Assembly (NCBI GenBank): GCA_964469915.1
Contig: CAYXZT010000002.1
Span: 1 to 45,918 of the forward strand
Length of the DNA: 45,918 nt
Source: an uncultured Gammaproteobacteria bacterium
GTDB taxonomy: Bacteria; Pseudomonadota; Gammaproteobacteria; Magnimaribacterales; D2472
Direction of reading: 5' to 3'
The notes beneath the pieces are model-generated. The model did not search any database, was not told the origin of the DNA, and was given only the letters and a program-made list of their open reading frames with translations. A program made the position numbers and the translations under genes. Of this stretch, positions 9,710 to 19,307 are shown one piece after another (within the stretch, counting starts at the first letter, position 1; each line of letters opens with the position of its first letter).

Positions 9710-10578
9710 GAAATTAAATAATGATCAGCAAGTAAAGCTATAAAAATTAAAAAGATATAATAAATTGAAAAATTAAAGGTCTTCATGGCAATAGAGTCAT
9801 CATCAGTGATGTAAAGCTTTATAGAATAATATAAAAATATTGAGCTAAGTATCACTGAAGATACTAAATAGATTTCACCAGACATAAGAACTACATATGG
9901 GAGAATGCTTACGATAAATAAAATAATCGTGTATAAAACAATTTGGAGTTTCGTAAAAGCCACACCATGTGTTACTGGAAGCATAGGAATTGATTCCTTT
10001 GCATATTCTTCTTTTCGATAAATAGCTAGTGCCCAAAAATGAGGAGGCGTCCAAACAAATATGATTAATACTAATAGAAGAGCATAAGGGTCTATGCTGT
10101 TACTTATTGATGCCCACCCTAGCAATGGTGGCGCGGCTCCAGCAAGACCTCCAATTACTATATTCTGTGGAGTAGCTCTCTTCAAATAAACAGTATAAAT
10201 AAAGGCATAGCCAATCAAAGATGCCAGGGTAAGAACCATAGTAAGAGTATTAATAAAGAAATATAAAATTAAAGCTCCAAGCACACCTATAACAAACGCA
10301 AAGCAGGATGCATGAAAAGCGCTCAGCTCTCCCTGTGGTAAGGGCCTTTGATCTGTCCTTGTCATTGCAGCATCTGCTTTTCTATCTATAACTTGATTTA
10401 TTGCTGCGGCTGAACCTGAACAAAGCGCTATCCCAAAAAGAGCAATACAAATTTTCGAGATAGAGGTCACTGAATCTTCGGCTAGCAGCATCCCTACAAA
10501 TGCGCAAATCAACATCATATAAACCACATTTGGCTTACATAATAGGTAATAGCTTTTAATTAAATTCATTTTTTCCAA
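9706..10578 (-). CDS. ctaB: Protoheme IX farnesyltransferase (heme O synthase)
   Basis: 290 aa polytopic UbiA-family protein (NQVIDRKADAAMTRTDQRPLPQG). It shows 4-nt ATGA-type overlap with the downstream SCO1 gene. Confidence 0.9.
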   Translation of the reverse strand: MEKMNLIKSYYLLCKPNVVYMMLICAFVGMLLAEDSVTSISKICIALFGIALCSGSAAAINQVIDRKADAAMTRTDQRPLPQGELSAFHASCFAFVIGVLGALILYFFINTLTMVLTLASLIGYAFIYTVYLKRATPQNIVIGGLAGAAPPLLGWASISNSIDPYALLLVLIIFVWTPPHFWALAIYRKEEYAKESIPMLPVTHGVAFTKLQIVLYTIILFIVSILPYVVLMSGEIYLVSSVILSSIFLYYSIKLYITDDDSIAMKTFNFSIYYIFLIFIALLADHYLIS

Positions 10579-11540
10579 GCAAGATAGTTTATTGTAAATA
10601 CAGTAAGTAAGAGTGTTGCAGCTATAAGATTATGAGCAATCGCTACATACAATGGCAATACATAAACAACATTTATTATTCCTAGACTAATCTGTGTGAG
10701 AAGTAAGATACCTAATGTTGATGCTAATGGAGCTGCATTAGAAAACCAAAGTTTGGACATTAAAATAAGAAAAACAATAGTTACTAGAATTGCAGAAACC
10801 CTATGAGAATAATGTACAGCTACTCTTGATGGGTTGTCGAGCAAGCCATAAAGATAATTTGGTCCAACTTCTTGGTTCAAATTAAATCCATTTTTAAAAT
10901 CCATTTCTGGAAAGTAACTTCCCTGACATGTAGGAAAATCTGCACATGCTAAAGATGCATAGTTTGTACTTGTCCATACGCCTAGAAATATCTGAAAAAT
11001 TAAAACAAAAAATGCCAAGCCTGCAATAAATTTCAAGTTAGGTATTCTCATTTTGTTTAAGAGTTCAAAATTTCCTGCCATAAGGAATATAAAGAAGAAT
11101 AATGTTAGTGTAGTAAAGCCTCCAAATAGATGACCAGTAACAATTATTGGAAGAAGTTTTAAGCTAACTGTTAGGTACCCGAATAGGCCTTGGCAACAAA
11201 TAAATATTAAAAGTCCAACTGCCCAGTATCTAATTCTTTTATTTTCATTTTGCTTGAAAGAGAGATAAGCCAATACGATTGCAAAAAAGCCCAATGTTGC
11301 AGCAAAGTATCTGTGAACAACTTCAGGGATGGCTTTATTTATGTCGTATGGATACATTGGGAACCTGCTTTCTGCAACAGCAATTTCCATTTCATTTGTT
11401 GGAAAGACTATAAAGCCATAGCACCCAGGCCAATCAGGACATCCCAATCCAGCATCAACAAGCCTGGTCCACGCCCCAAGAGCGATAACTACAAATGCAA
11501 GACAAACGCCAAAAAGTGATAAGTTTTTTATGTTATTCAT
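10566..11540 (-). CDS. ctaA: Heme A synthase (COX15/CtaA)
   Basis: 324 aa polytopic protein with conserved Cys pairs (GCPDWPGC, CADFPTC) and His residues (HRYFA, HYSHR, AHNL) typical of COX15/CtaA. It overlaps ctaB by 13 nt. Confidence 0.85.
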   Translation of the reverse strand: MNNIKNLSLFGVCLAFVVIALGAWTRLVDAGLGCPDWPGCYGFIVFPTNEMEIAVAESRFPMYPYDINKAIPEVVHRYFAATLGFFAIVLAYLSFKQNENKRIRYWAVGLLIFICCQGLFGYLTVSLKLLPIIVTGHLFGGFTTLTLFFFIFLMAGNFELLNKMRIPNLKFIAGLAFFVLIFQIFLGVWTSTNYASLACADFPTCQGSYFPEMDFKNGFNLNQEVGPNYLYGLLDNPSRVAVHYSHRVSAILVTIVFLILMSKLWFSNAAPLASTLGILLLTQISLGIINVVYVLPLYVAIAHNLIAATLLLTVFTINYLAWKK

Positions 11541-12088
11541 TAAATTAATACCTTTAAATCTTTTAATATTTTCTTCGGATCTGTAGAAGTTTCAAAATAC
11601 ATCACAGCCCTTCCGTATGGATCAATTATAAAAATAGGGTTTTGCTCAGTTATATTAGCATCAGAGTTTTTCTGTAACACATTAAGTAAAACACCATTCT
11701 TATCATTCACTAACTCTGTTCTGGGATACTGATTGATAAGTTCGTCTACTGAATCCCTAATTAATTCATTGCTATAAAATGCTACTCTTTTTACTCTGTT
11801 GATATCTCTATTAAGAGCAACATTTAGCTGGCGCATAAGATACAGAGAGTTAGCTGATTTTTGAGGGTCTGTTATATATACAGCCATTACCCATTTACCA
11901 TCTTCAAATTCAATCATCTGCTCATCATTATTTTGATTAAACTGATCAAAGTTGAAATAGGATTTGAAAAAAATACCATTATTTTTTGTGCCATCAGGTG
12001 AATAGCCATAAGAAAAATACAAGGAAGAAATGGTAACTACCAAAATTGGTGTTAGTAAAATTATTGCTAAAAATATTTTATTCTTCAT
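11540..12088 (-). CDS. Membrane-anchored hypothetical protein of the cytochrome oxidase assembly cluster (no Cys)
   Basis: 182 aa ORF with a single N-terminal TM. It is translationally coupled on both sides: 11-nt overlap with SURF1 and a TAATG junction with ctaA. It sits where Pseudomonas has a conserved hypothetical between SURF1 and COX15. Confidence 0.6.
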   Translation of the reverse strand: MKNKIFLAIILLTPILVVTISSLYFSYGYSPDGTKNNGIFFKSYFNFDQFNQNNDEQMIEFEDGKWVMAVYITDPQKSANSLYLMRQLNVALNRDINRVKRVAFYSNELIRDSVDELINQYPRTELVNDKNGVLLNVLQKNSDANITEQNPIFIIDPYGRAVMYFETSTDPKKILKDLKVLI

Positions 12089-12779
12089 TTCTTTTAAATC
12101 CTATCCATATATACATTAAACAAATTGCAAGCCACATTGTGAACCATTGTGCTGAATATCCATAGTGTTTCACAGGCATCATAGTTGAAGGAACGATCCT
12201 AATATGTTCTAGGCTCTCTCTTAACACAGGCTCTGCTACCAAAATGAAAGGCAAGAGATCTTTATCATATGCTTTTCTAATAACATCAATGTTTTTTGTT
12301 TGTGATACTTTTGGCCAAGTCTCTGTTAGCAAGTTGTCTGAGAGAACAAAGCCAAGCTCAGGATTCTCTAGAATACCTCTTACTCGAACCGACGAATCTT
12401 GAATGTCTATATTTGGTAAATCATTCCTAAATTCTTTTTGAGGTATCCAGCCACGGTCAACAAGCACAAACTTATCAGAATCACTAATTTTCAGCGGTGT
12501 TAAAACCTTATACCCAGCTATGCCATTATTAATTACATTATCTATTAATACTTGCTCAGCGCTATGCCATGTGCCATCAACAAACACCCTATCCCATTTC
12601 ATAGATGTTTGCGATAAATATGAAGGCTCTTCTTTTAAGTTGCTATTAAATTGTGCAATTATCTTACTTTTTGCCTGTCCTCTTTCAATTTGCCATAATC
12701 CGAGAGCAAAAAAAATACATGCAAAAAATATGAAAAAGACTGTAACTTTTTTTCCTGGATTAAATTCTCTTCTTTTCAT
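12078..12779 (-). CDS. SURF1 family cytochrome oxidase biogenesis protein
   Basis: 233 aa with N- and C-terminal TM helices flanking a periplasmic domain (LGLWQIERGQAK ... VLVDRGWIP ... HYGYSAQWF), the classic SURF1/Shy1 layout. Confidence 0.8.
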   Translation of the reverse strand: MKRREFNPGKKVTVFFIFFACIFFALGLWQIERGQAKSKIIAQFNSNLKEEPSYLSQTSMKWDRVFVDGTWHSAEQVLIDNVINNGIAGYKVLTPLKISDSDKFVLVDRGWIPQKEFRNDLPNIDIQDSSVRVRGILENPELGFVLSDNLLTETWPKVSQTKNIDVIRKAYDKDLLPFILVAEPVLRESLEHIRIVPSTMMPVKHYGYSAQWFTMWLAICLMYIWIGFKRNEE

Positions 12780-12814
12780 ATCTATAAAATGTTAACTGTT
12801 TTAAAATATTATCG

Positions 12815-13033
12815 ATGATTAAGACTTTAATTTATATCGATGTATTTCTAATTATGGTGTCACTTGCAAGTGCTCTATATTTCTTAATAGTTGACCAAGG
12901 CAAAACTGAAAGTAAGAGAACTGCTTATAGTCTTGGTTTCAGGGTCGCCTTAGCTGTCATATTAGTAGTACTAGTAACGATTGGTCTTATAACTGGTGAA
13001 CTAGGAAATTCTGTCCCTTGGGACGGGTCTTAG
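12815..13033 (+). CDS. Small twin-transmembrane-helix protein (DUF2909-like)
   Basis: 72 aa with two hydrophobic helices separated by a basic loop (QGKTESKRTAYSLGFR). It lies on the opposite strand between SURF1 and coxC, as in the Pseudomonas cox cluster. Confidence 0.55.
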   Translation: MIKTLIYIDVFLIMVSLASALYFLIVDQGKTESKRTAYSLGFRVALAVILVVLVTIGLITGELGNSVPWDGS

Positions 13034-13948
13034 TTACAGTATATAAACAAACAAAAACAACATTACCCAAACAACGTCTACAAAATGCCAGTACCATGAT
13101 GCTGCTTCAAAACCAAAATGATCGTGATCTTCGAAATGTCCTGCAAATACCGATCTAGCCAACATAATTGCAAGCATTAATCCGCCCATCATGACATGAA
13201 ATCCATGGAAACCAGTTAACATAAAGAAAGTAGATCCATAAATACCTGAATTAAGAGTCAAACCATACTTGACATAAGCTTCATGATACTCAGCAGCCTG
13301 CAATCCAACAAAAATTAAAGCTAGGGCAACAGTGATACCTAAGAAAATATTAAACTTCTTTCTATTACCATTTTTAAGACCAACATGTGCAAAATGCACA
13401 GTAACACTGGAGCTTAGAAGAACGATAGTGTTCCATAATGGCAACCACTCAAGTGCGTGACCCCAGCCTGGCCAAGCCATACTTTTTTTTGCAAGGTCAT
13501 ATGCTGCTCCTTTATCTGGAGTTTCAATTAAAGGCCATGCTGATTCAAAACCATCCCATAAATCTAATGCAGCAACACCGATTCCTTTTTCACCCTCGCC
13601 ACCGAGCCATGGAACTGCAAAACTTCTTACATAAAAAAGGGCACCAAAAAATGCAGCAAAAAACATAACTTCAGAAAAAATAAACCATGCCATTCCATAT
13701 ACATATGATGTTTTTAATTGGTTGCTGTCTAAACCAGCCAAATGCTCTTTAATGACCTGTCTGAACCAAAAAAATAGCGTAGTAAATAAACTTGCGAATC
13801 CTGCATATAGAATGTAGACAGAATTACTTTCAGCATTTCCTAAATTATTAATTGTGCTAGAGGCTCCCATAACTAACAGAAATAAAGATACCGCCATAAA
13901 TATTGGGAATCTGCTTTGATCTGGTACGTAATAATTTTGTGTGCTCAT
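13034..13948 (-). CDS. coxC: Cytochrome c oxidase subunit III
   Basis: 304 aa polytopic protein with typical subunit III motifs (FFMLTGFHGFHV, WYWHFVDVVWV). Confidence 0.9.
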   Translation of the reverse strand: MSTQNYYVPDQSRFPIFMAVSLFLLVMGASSTINNLGNAESNSVYILYAGFASLFTTLFFWFRQVIKEHLAGLDSNQLKTSYVYGMAWFIFSEVMFFAAFFGALFYVRSFAVPWLGGEGEKGIGVAALDLWDGFESAWPLIETPDKGAAYDLAKKSMAWPGWGHALEWLPLWNTIVLLSSSVTVHFAHVGLKNGNRKKFNIFLGITVALALIFVGLQAAEYHEAYVKYGLTLNSGIYGSTFFMLTGFHGFHVMMGGLMLAIMLARSVFAGHFEDHDHFGFEAASWYWHFVDVVWVMLFLFVYIL

Positions 13949-13956
13949 ATTGTTAT

Positions 13957-14517
13957 CTAATGCTCCATATTCATTTCATGACTGGCCATAGGCTCATCAT
14001 TGTAATCTGTAATGTCAAAAATAGTGTATGACATGATAATATTTTTAATATTTTCAGGAAGTTCGTTTGATACAAGAAGCTTTACAGGAAGAAGGGCTTC
14101 TTCACCTGGCATAAGCTCTTGTTGTTCGAAGCAAAAACATTCTAATTTCTTTAAATGTGCTGCTGCGTTAGAAGGGGCCACACTTGGAACAGCCTGTGCA
14201 ACCATCTTTTTGTTTGTAGTATTCTTTACATAAAATGTTGCTGTGTAATATTCACCAGTAGTGATTTTCATAACTTCTTCAGAAGGCTCGAATACCCATG
14301 GCATATTTTCATTATTTGTTGAAATAAACTGAATGGCCAAAGGTCTGCCATCTTCTGTTAATAGGTCATCTTCATAATCAGATTGAAATACTTTCCCATT
14401 AATCCCTGTCACTTCACAGAAAACGTCATACAAAGGAACTAGTGCAAAACCAAAAGCAAACATAAGGGGAACTGCAATAACCAATTTCCTGAGTGTCTTT
14501 TTAGCTTCTGGGTTCAT
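13957..14517 (-). CDS. ctaG: Cytochrome c oxidase assembly protein CtaG/Cox11
   Basis: Single TM followed by a Cox11 domain containing the CFCF motif (KLECFCFEQQEL). I prefer the ATG at 14517 (MNPEAKK...), which forms a TAATG junction with the coxA stop. The longer track ORF (to 14577) would overlap coxA by 61 nt. Confidence 0.85.
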   Translation of the reverse strand: MNPEAKKTLRKLVIAVPLMFAFGFALVPLYDVFCEVTGINGKVFQSDYEDDLLTEDGRPLAIQFISTNNENMPWVFEPSEEVMKITTGEYYTATFYVKNTTNKKMVAQAVPSVAPSNAAAHLKKLECFCFEQQELMPGEEALLPVKLLVSNELPENIKNIIMSYTIFDITDYNDEPMASHEMNMEH

Positions 14518-16100
14518 TAATCTATCTTTGGTGGAGTAGTAAATGTGTGATAAGGAGCTGGAGATGCAACAGTCCACTCAAGACCTCTTGCTCCTTCCCA
14601 AACTTGACCAGTAGCTTTCTTGCCACCCATTACTGTTTTTACAACAATAAATAAGAATAGGATTTGAGAAACTCCAAACAAGAATGCACCAACAGTTGAC
14701 ACCATGTTCCAGTCAGCAAATTGAAGAGCATAGTCAGGATATCTTCTCGGCATGCCTGCCAAACCTATAAAGTGTTGTGGGAAGAAAGTTACATTGACTC
14801 CAATGAAGGAAAGCCAGAAATGTAACTTACCTAATCTTTCATCGTACATATTGCCGCACCATTTTGGTATCCAGTAGTAAACTGCAGCCATTATTGAAAA
14901 TATAGCTCCGGGCACAAGAACATAATGAAAATGCGCAACAACAAAATAAGTGTCATGATATTGAAAGTCAGCAGGGGTTATAGCTAACATCAAACCTGAG
15001 AAACCACCCATCGTAAATAGAACAACAAATGCACAAGCAAATAGCATAGGAGTCTCGAAAGTAATAGAGCCTCTAAACATTGTTGCAATCCAATTAAATA
15101 CTTTTACTCCTGTCGGAACTGCTATGAGCATAGTTGCCCACATAAAGAATAATTCAGCAGCAAGAGGCAAGCCAACTGTAAACATATGATGAGCCCATAC
15201 TACAAATGACAGGATTGCTATTGATAACATTGCCCATACCATTGATGAGTAACCAAATAATTGTTTCCTAGAGAAAGTTTCAATAATATGAGATACGATA
15301 CCAAAAGCAGGCAATATCATTATATATACCTCTGGGTGTCCAAAGAACCAGAAAATATGCTGGAATAGAACTGGGTCGCCTCCGCCAGCTGCATTAAAGA
15401 AACTAGTGCCAAAATGTATATCCATTAACATCATAGTTACAGCCCCGGCAAGAACTGGCATTACTGCTATTAGTAGATATGCAGTTATCAACCAAGACCA
15501 AACAAATAATGGCATTTTCATTAATCCAACACCAGGAGCTCTCATGTTCATAATTGTTACGACCACATTAATAGCTCCCATGATTGATGAAGCTCCCATA
15601 ATATGAACAGAGAAAATGAAGAAAGTTACGCTTGGTGGTGCATATGTTGTAGATAGTGGTGCGTAGAACGTCCAACCGAAGTTAGGAGCTCCGCCTTCCA
15701 TAAATAGAGAAGAAAGCAATATAAAGAAAGCAAAAGGAAGAATCCAAAAGCTTAGATTATTCATTCTAGGTAATGCCATATCAGGCGCTCCAATCATCAT
15801 TGGAACAAGCCAATTCGCTAAGCCAACAAATGCTGGCATAACTCCACCAAATATCATTATTAATCCATGAAGGGTGATCATCTGGTTATAAAACTCAGGC
15901 TCTACTATCTGCATTCCAGGTTGAAATAATTCAGCCCTGATTACCATAGCCATAGCTCCGCCAATTAAGAACATTGCAAAACTAAACCATAAATATAAAG
16001 TACCTATATCTTTATGATTGGTTGTGTATAACCACCTTGTTAAACCTTTGGCAGGCCCGTGGTGGTGATCGTCATGATGATTCTCTATAACTGCGCTCAT
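14517..16100 (-). CDS. coxA: Cytochrome c oxidase subunit I (aa3 type)
   Basis: 527 aa with the canonical heme-copper oxidase motifs (WFFGHPEVYI, HHMFTVG, VVAHFHYV). Confidence 0.97.
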   Translation of the reverse strand: MSAVIENHHDDHHHGPAKGLTRWLYTTNHKDIGTLYLWFSFAMFLIGGAMAMVIRAELFQPGMQIVEPEFYNQMITLHGLIMIFGGVMPAFVGLANWLVPMMIGAPDMALPRMNNLSFWILPFAFFILLSSLFMEGGAPNFGWTFYAPLSTTYAPPSVTFFIFSVHIMGASSIMGAINVVVTIMNMRAPGVGLMKMPLFVWSWLITAYLLIAVMPVLAGAVTMMLMDIHFGTSFFNAAGGGDPVLFQHIFWFFGHPEVYIMILPAFGIVSHIIETFSRKQLFGYSSMVWAMLSIAILSFVVWAHHMFTVGLPLAAELFFMWATMLIAVPTGVKVFNWIATMFRGSITFETPMLFACAFVVLFTMGGFSGLMLAITPADFQYHDTYFVVAHFHYVLVPGAIFSIMAAVYYWIPKWCGNMYDERLGKLHFWLSFIGVNVTFFPQHFIGLAGMPRRYPDYALQFADWNMVSTVGAFLFGVSQILFLFIVVKTVMGGKKATGQVWEGARGLEWTVASPAPYHTFTTPPKID

Positions 16101-16117
16101 ATTTTTTATCCTCTTCT

Positions 16118-17263
16118 TTAAATTTTTGGTTGTTTATAATCAACTATGTCTTTAGGAATAACTATTTCACCGTCTCCATTTTCAGCATTGCCCCAGGATT
16201 GTCTTGTATATGTGATTACAGCAGCCAACTCAACCTCTGATAAATAGCTAAATGAATTCATTGCAGCGCCTTGAACTCCTTCCATTAATATCTCTATATG
16301 TCTTTCTTTGTTATTTAAAGCTATATCGCTTCCTGCAAGAGCAGGGAAGATTCCTTGTATCCCTTCACCATTTGGTAGGTGACATGAAACACAATTAAGT
16401 GCATATACATCTTCACCCCTTTCAACTAACTCTTGAGTTGACCAATCTTTAGTTGTTAGTTCAGCAAGCTTCATTGCAACATCTTTTTTGTCAGAGACCC
16501 ACTGATCATATTCGTCTTGCTCAACAGCCTTAACAACTATTGGCATAAACCCATGATTTTTACCACATAACTCTGTGCACTTTCCTCTATAAATCCCAGG
16601 AACATCGACTTGGGTCCATGCTGTATTAACAAATCCAGGAATTGCATCCTGCTTAATAGCAAAATCAGGCATCCACCAAGAATGTATAACATCGTTAGCT
16701 GTTATTAAAAACCTAACTTTTTTTCCAACTGGGATTAGAACCATCTCATCAACTTCCTGAAGATAGTTTTCTCCCTTTGGAACAAGATTATAAATTTCAT
16801 CAAGATCTGTAGATAGATTAGCAAAAAAACTAATATCGTCTTCTAGGTAATTATATTGCCACTTCCACTGATAACCAGTTACCTGAATGTTTATGTCGCC
16901 AGCCTCGTCATCATAAATCTTTACTAGGGTCTTAGAGGCAGGTATAGCCATCGCGATTAAAATTAAAAATGGAATGATTGTCCAAGCAATCTCAACTTTA
17001 GTGCTTTCATGAAAGGTTGCTGCAACTGGATTTTTCTTTTTAGTATGAGCATACATTGAGTAAAACATAACAGCGAAAACTACAACGCCAATAGCAACAC
17101 AAATCCAGAAAATTAACATATGTAATTCAAAGACTTCATTACTAATATCTGTAATTCCTCTTGTCATATTGAGTGCAAACCAGTCTGCTTTGATTGGACT
17201 AGCAACTAAAAGCACTGCTGCAATAGTAATGTGATGAAATTTTGTTAAATATTTAAGTAACAT
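16118..17263 (-). CDS. coxB: Cytochrome c oxidase subunit II with a C-terminal cytochrome c domain
   Basis: 381 aa with two TM helices, the CuA site (HSWWMPDF ... CTELCGKNHGFM), and a C-terminal CxxCH heme-binding motif (CVSCH). Confidence 0.93.
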   Translation of the reverse strand: MLLKYLTKFHHITIAAVLLVASPIKADWFALNMTRGITDISNEVFELHMLIFWICVAIGVVVFAVMFYSMYAHTKKKNPVAATFHESTKVEIAWTIIPFLILIAMAIPASKTLVKIYDDEAGDINIQVTGYQWKWQYNYLEDDISFFANLSTDLDEIYNLVPKGENYLQEVDEMVLIPVGKKVRFLITANDVIHSWWMPDFAIKQDAIPGFVNTAWTQVDVPGIYRGKCTELCGKNHGFMPIVVKAVEQDEYDQWVSDKKDVAMKLAELTTKDWSTQELVERGEDVYALNCVSCHLPNGEGIQGIFPALAGSDIALNNKERHIEILMEGVQGAAMNSFSYLSEVELAAVITYTRQSWGNAENGDGEIVIPKDIVDYKQPKI

Positions 17264-17303
17264 TTATGTGTGTCCTGTGAAAGTGTGTATAGAAATAAAA
17301 TTC

Positions 17304-17323
17304 CCTTATAATCTATTATAAGG
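17304..17323. repeat. Perfect 9-bp inverted repeat CCTTATAAT-CT-ATTATAAGG between yheV and coxB
   Basis: Read directly from the sequence. On the minus strand it is followed by GAATTTTATTT, so it could be a weak AT-rich intrinsic terminator for the purE-yheV operon. It also embeds TATAAT on both strands about 50 nt upstream of coxB, so it could instead be a promoter or operator. Confidence 0.45.
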
Positions 17324-17396
17324 TATTTATATAATTAAAACAAAAAATTGCCCCATAAAATTTGGTGCATATGATATCTTTTTGTTGCTTGTTTTA

Positions 17397-17597
17397 CTAG
17401 CTTTTGCTGGCTTTGTAATCTTCAATATTAATAACATTAATAGACTTATTATTTTTTGTTTTTAAGACAGGTCTATTTTCTTTAAAATCACATTTAACAC
17501 AATAAATTAAGTCATCGTCTGGATTAATGGCAATAGTATCTTGAGCCTTACATGATGGGCAAACAGCCCCTGCTATAAACTGAATAAATTTACTCAT
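17397..17597 (-). CDS. yheV: YheV-family putative zinc-ribbon protein
   Basis: 66 aa with a FIAGAVCPSCKAQD ... CVKCDF pattern of two CxxC pairs, resembling my recollection of E. coli YheV. It overlaps the aroE stop by 8 nt. Confidence 0.6.
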   Translation of the reverse strand: MSKFIQFIAGAVCPSCKAQDTIAINPDDDLIYCVKCDFKENRPVLKTKNNKSINVINIEDYKASKS

Positions 17598-18417
17598 TTT
17601 TTAAATCCTGAAGCTCTGTTATTACTTCAAAAACTGAAGGCAATACACCAAACCATTTTTTAAATGATTGTGCGGCTTGATTAACCAACATGCCAGTTCC
17701 ATCATAAACATTTTCTGAATACTCTAAAGCCCAATTACAAAAAGGAGTCTCGTCGAGTGAATAATTTAAATCATAGAAATAAGGTTTTTCAGAAAGATTT
17801 AGCTCGCCAGGGTTTAAAAAGTTACCTGTAAGCCCTGCGGAACTTCCATTAATTATTACATCGTATGGCTCTTCAAAGTTTGTCATTAGATTTATTGAGC
17901 CATAATTAGAATATTTATCTTTTAGATAAATAGCTTTTTCAATAGTTCTATTTTTTATCGAAATTGAACGAGGTTTTTCAAAAATTATTCTATAAAGAAT
18001 GCTTTCAATGGCTGCTCCTGCTCCAATCAAAAGCACATTCTTATTTTTTAAACTTATTTTTTTAGATTGCAAGTCCTCTATGAATCCAGTGCCATCAGTA
18101 GAATCAAGTACATATTTTTTATTCTTTATTGAAATTGTGTTTACAGCATTGATTTGTTTGGCTTCAGGAGAGATGCTCCCATCTAGTGAGGCGGCCTCAC
18201 TTTTAAATGGTAATGTAATATTTAGTCCTTTTGCCAAAGGATCAGAAAAAAAATCGCTTACAAAGCTATTAAATTTTTCTAGATCTACCTTGTGGGCTTT
18301 ATAGTCAAGATTGATCTTCTCTTGCCTTGCAAATCTAGAATGAATGAAAGGTGATAATGAGTGTTCTATAGGATTGCCAACAACACCCAGCTTAAACTTC
18401 TTAGACATTCCAATCAC
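17590..18417 (-). CDS. aroE: Shikimate dehydrogenase
   Basis: 275 aa with GVVGNPIEHSLSPFIHS, NITLPFK and the NAD(P) loop LIGAGAA. The track start at 18417 is GTG. An in-frame ATG at 18408 (MSKKFKLG...) is an equally plausible start. Confidence 0.88.
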   Translation of the reverse strand: MIGMSKKFKLGVVGNPIEHSLSPFIHSRFARQEKINLDYKAHKVDLEKFNSFVSDFFSDPLAKGLNITLPFKSEAASLDGSISPEAKQINAVNTISIKNKKYVLDSTDGTGFIEDLQSKKISLKNKNVLLIGAGAAIESILYRIIFEKPRSISIKNRTIEKAIYLKDKYSNYGSINLMTNFEEPYDVIINGSSAGLTGNFLNPGELNLSEKPYFYDLNYSLDETPFCNWALEYSENVYDGTGMLVNQAAQSFKKWFGVLPSVFEVITELQDLKNE

Positions 18418-19306
18418 TATTAATATGTTTTAAAAGTTGTTTTTCCATCTTTATGTAAGAGTTATCTTTTTTATATGACCACTTTACATCTTTTGGAAGT
18501 GAGGCAAGGATAGATTGTATTCTTCCGTTTGATTGAAGACCGAAAGCAGTCCCCCTATCATTTACTAAATTAAATTCAGCGTATCTACCTCTCCTTAGTA
18601 GCTGAAAATCCTTTTGCTCTTTATTGAATTTTGTTTTTTTTCTTTTATTAGCAATATGCATATAAGAAGATAGGTATTGATCAGCAATACTTGATAGCAT
18701 CTCTGTGGTCTTGGCTAGATTCATTTGGGTAAAATTATCAAAAAATATGCCTCCAACCCCTCTTCTTTCGTTTCTATGAGGAATAAAAAAGTATTCATTA
18801 CAATTTTTAGAGAATTTTTTATAAAAACTTTTGTTATAACTATTCAATAAAGCCTTAGCATCATCATGCCACTTAATATTATCTGATTTAAATGAGATGT
18901 ATGGTGTCAAATCATAGCCTCCTCCTGCCCACCACTCTTTAATCTCTTTATTTCTGTCTAGGATACAAAAAAGCCGTATATTGAGATGGCTCGTTGGAAT
19001 ATATGGGTTTTTTGGGTGGCTAATTACAGAAAGTCCCATTGCCTGATATCCATTATTAGATGACTTTACTAAAGCATTACCAAGTGCTGCTTTTGGAAGT
19101 TTTTTTCCAGAAATTGATGAAAAATTAACTGCGCAGTTATCAAAAAATGCACCTGACTCAATTACAAAAGTTTGGCCCCCACCGCCTTCAGGCCTCTTCC
19201 ATTTATCAAAGGTTGTTCTCGCCGCATTTGATTTCTCTACTTTAGAAAAAGATTCTATAATTTTCTCTTGAGAATTTTTAAATATATGTTCTAAATTTTT
19301 TATCAT
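18401..19306 (-). CDS. hemF: Oxygen-dependent coproporphyrinogen III oxidase
   Basis: 301 aa matching HemF throughout (RPEGGGGQT, HLNIRLF, WWAGGGYDLTP, RGRYAEFNLVNDRGTAFGL). Confidence 0.93.
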   Translation of the reverse strand: MIKNLEHIFKNSQEKIIESFSKVEKSNAARTTFDKWKRPEGGGGQTFVIESGAFFDNCAVNFSSISGKKLPKAALGNALVKSSNNGYQAMGLSVISHPKNPYIPTSHLNIRLFCILDRNKEIKEWWAGGGYDLTPYISFKSDNIKWHDDAKALLNSYNKSFYKKFSKNCNEYFFIPHRNERRGVGGIFFDNFTQMNLAKTTEMLSSIADQYLSSYMHIANKRKKTKFNKEQKDFQLLRRGRYAEFNLVNDRGTAFGLQSNGRIQSILASLPKDVKWSYKKDNSYIKMEKQLLKHINSDWNV

Positions 19307-19307
19307 T

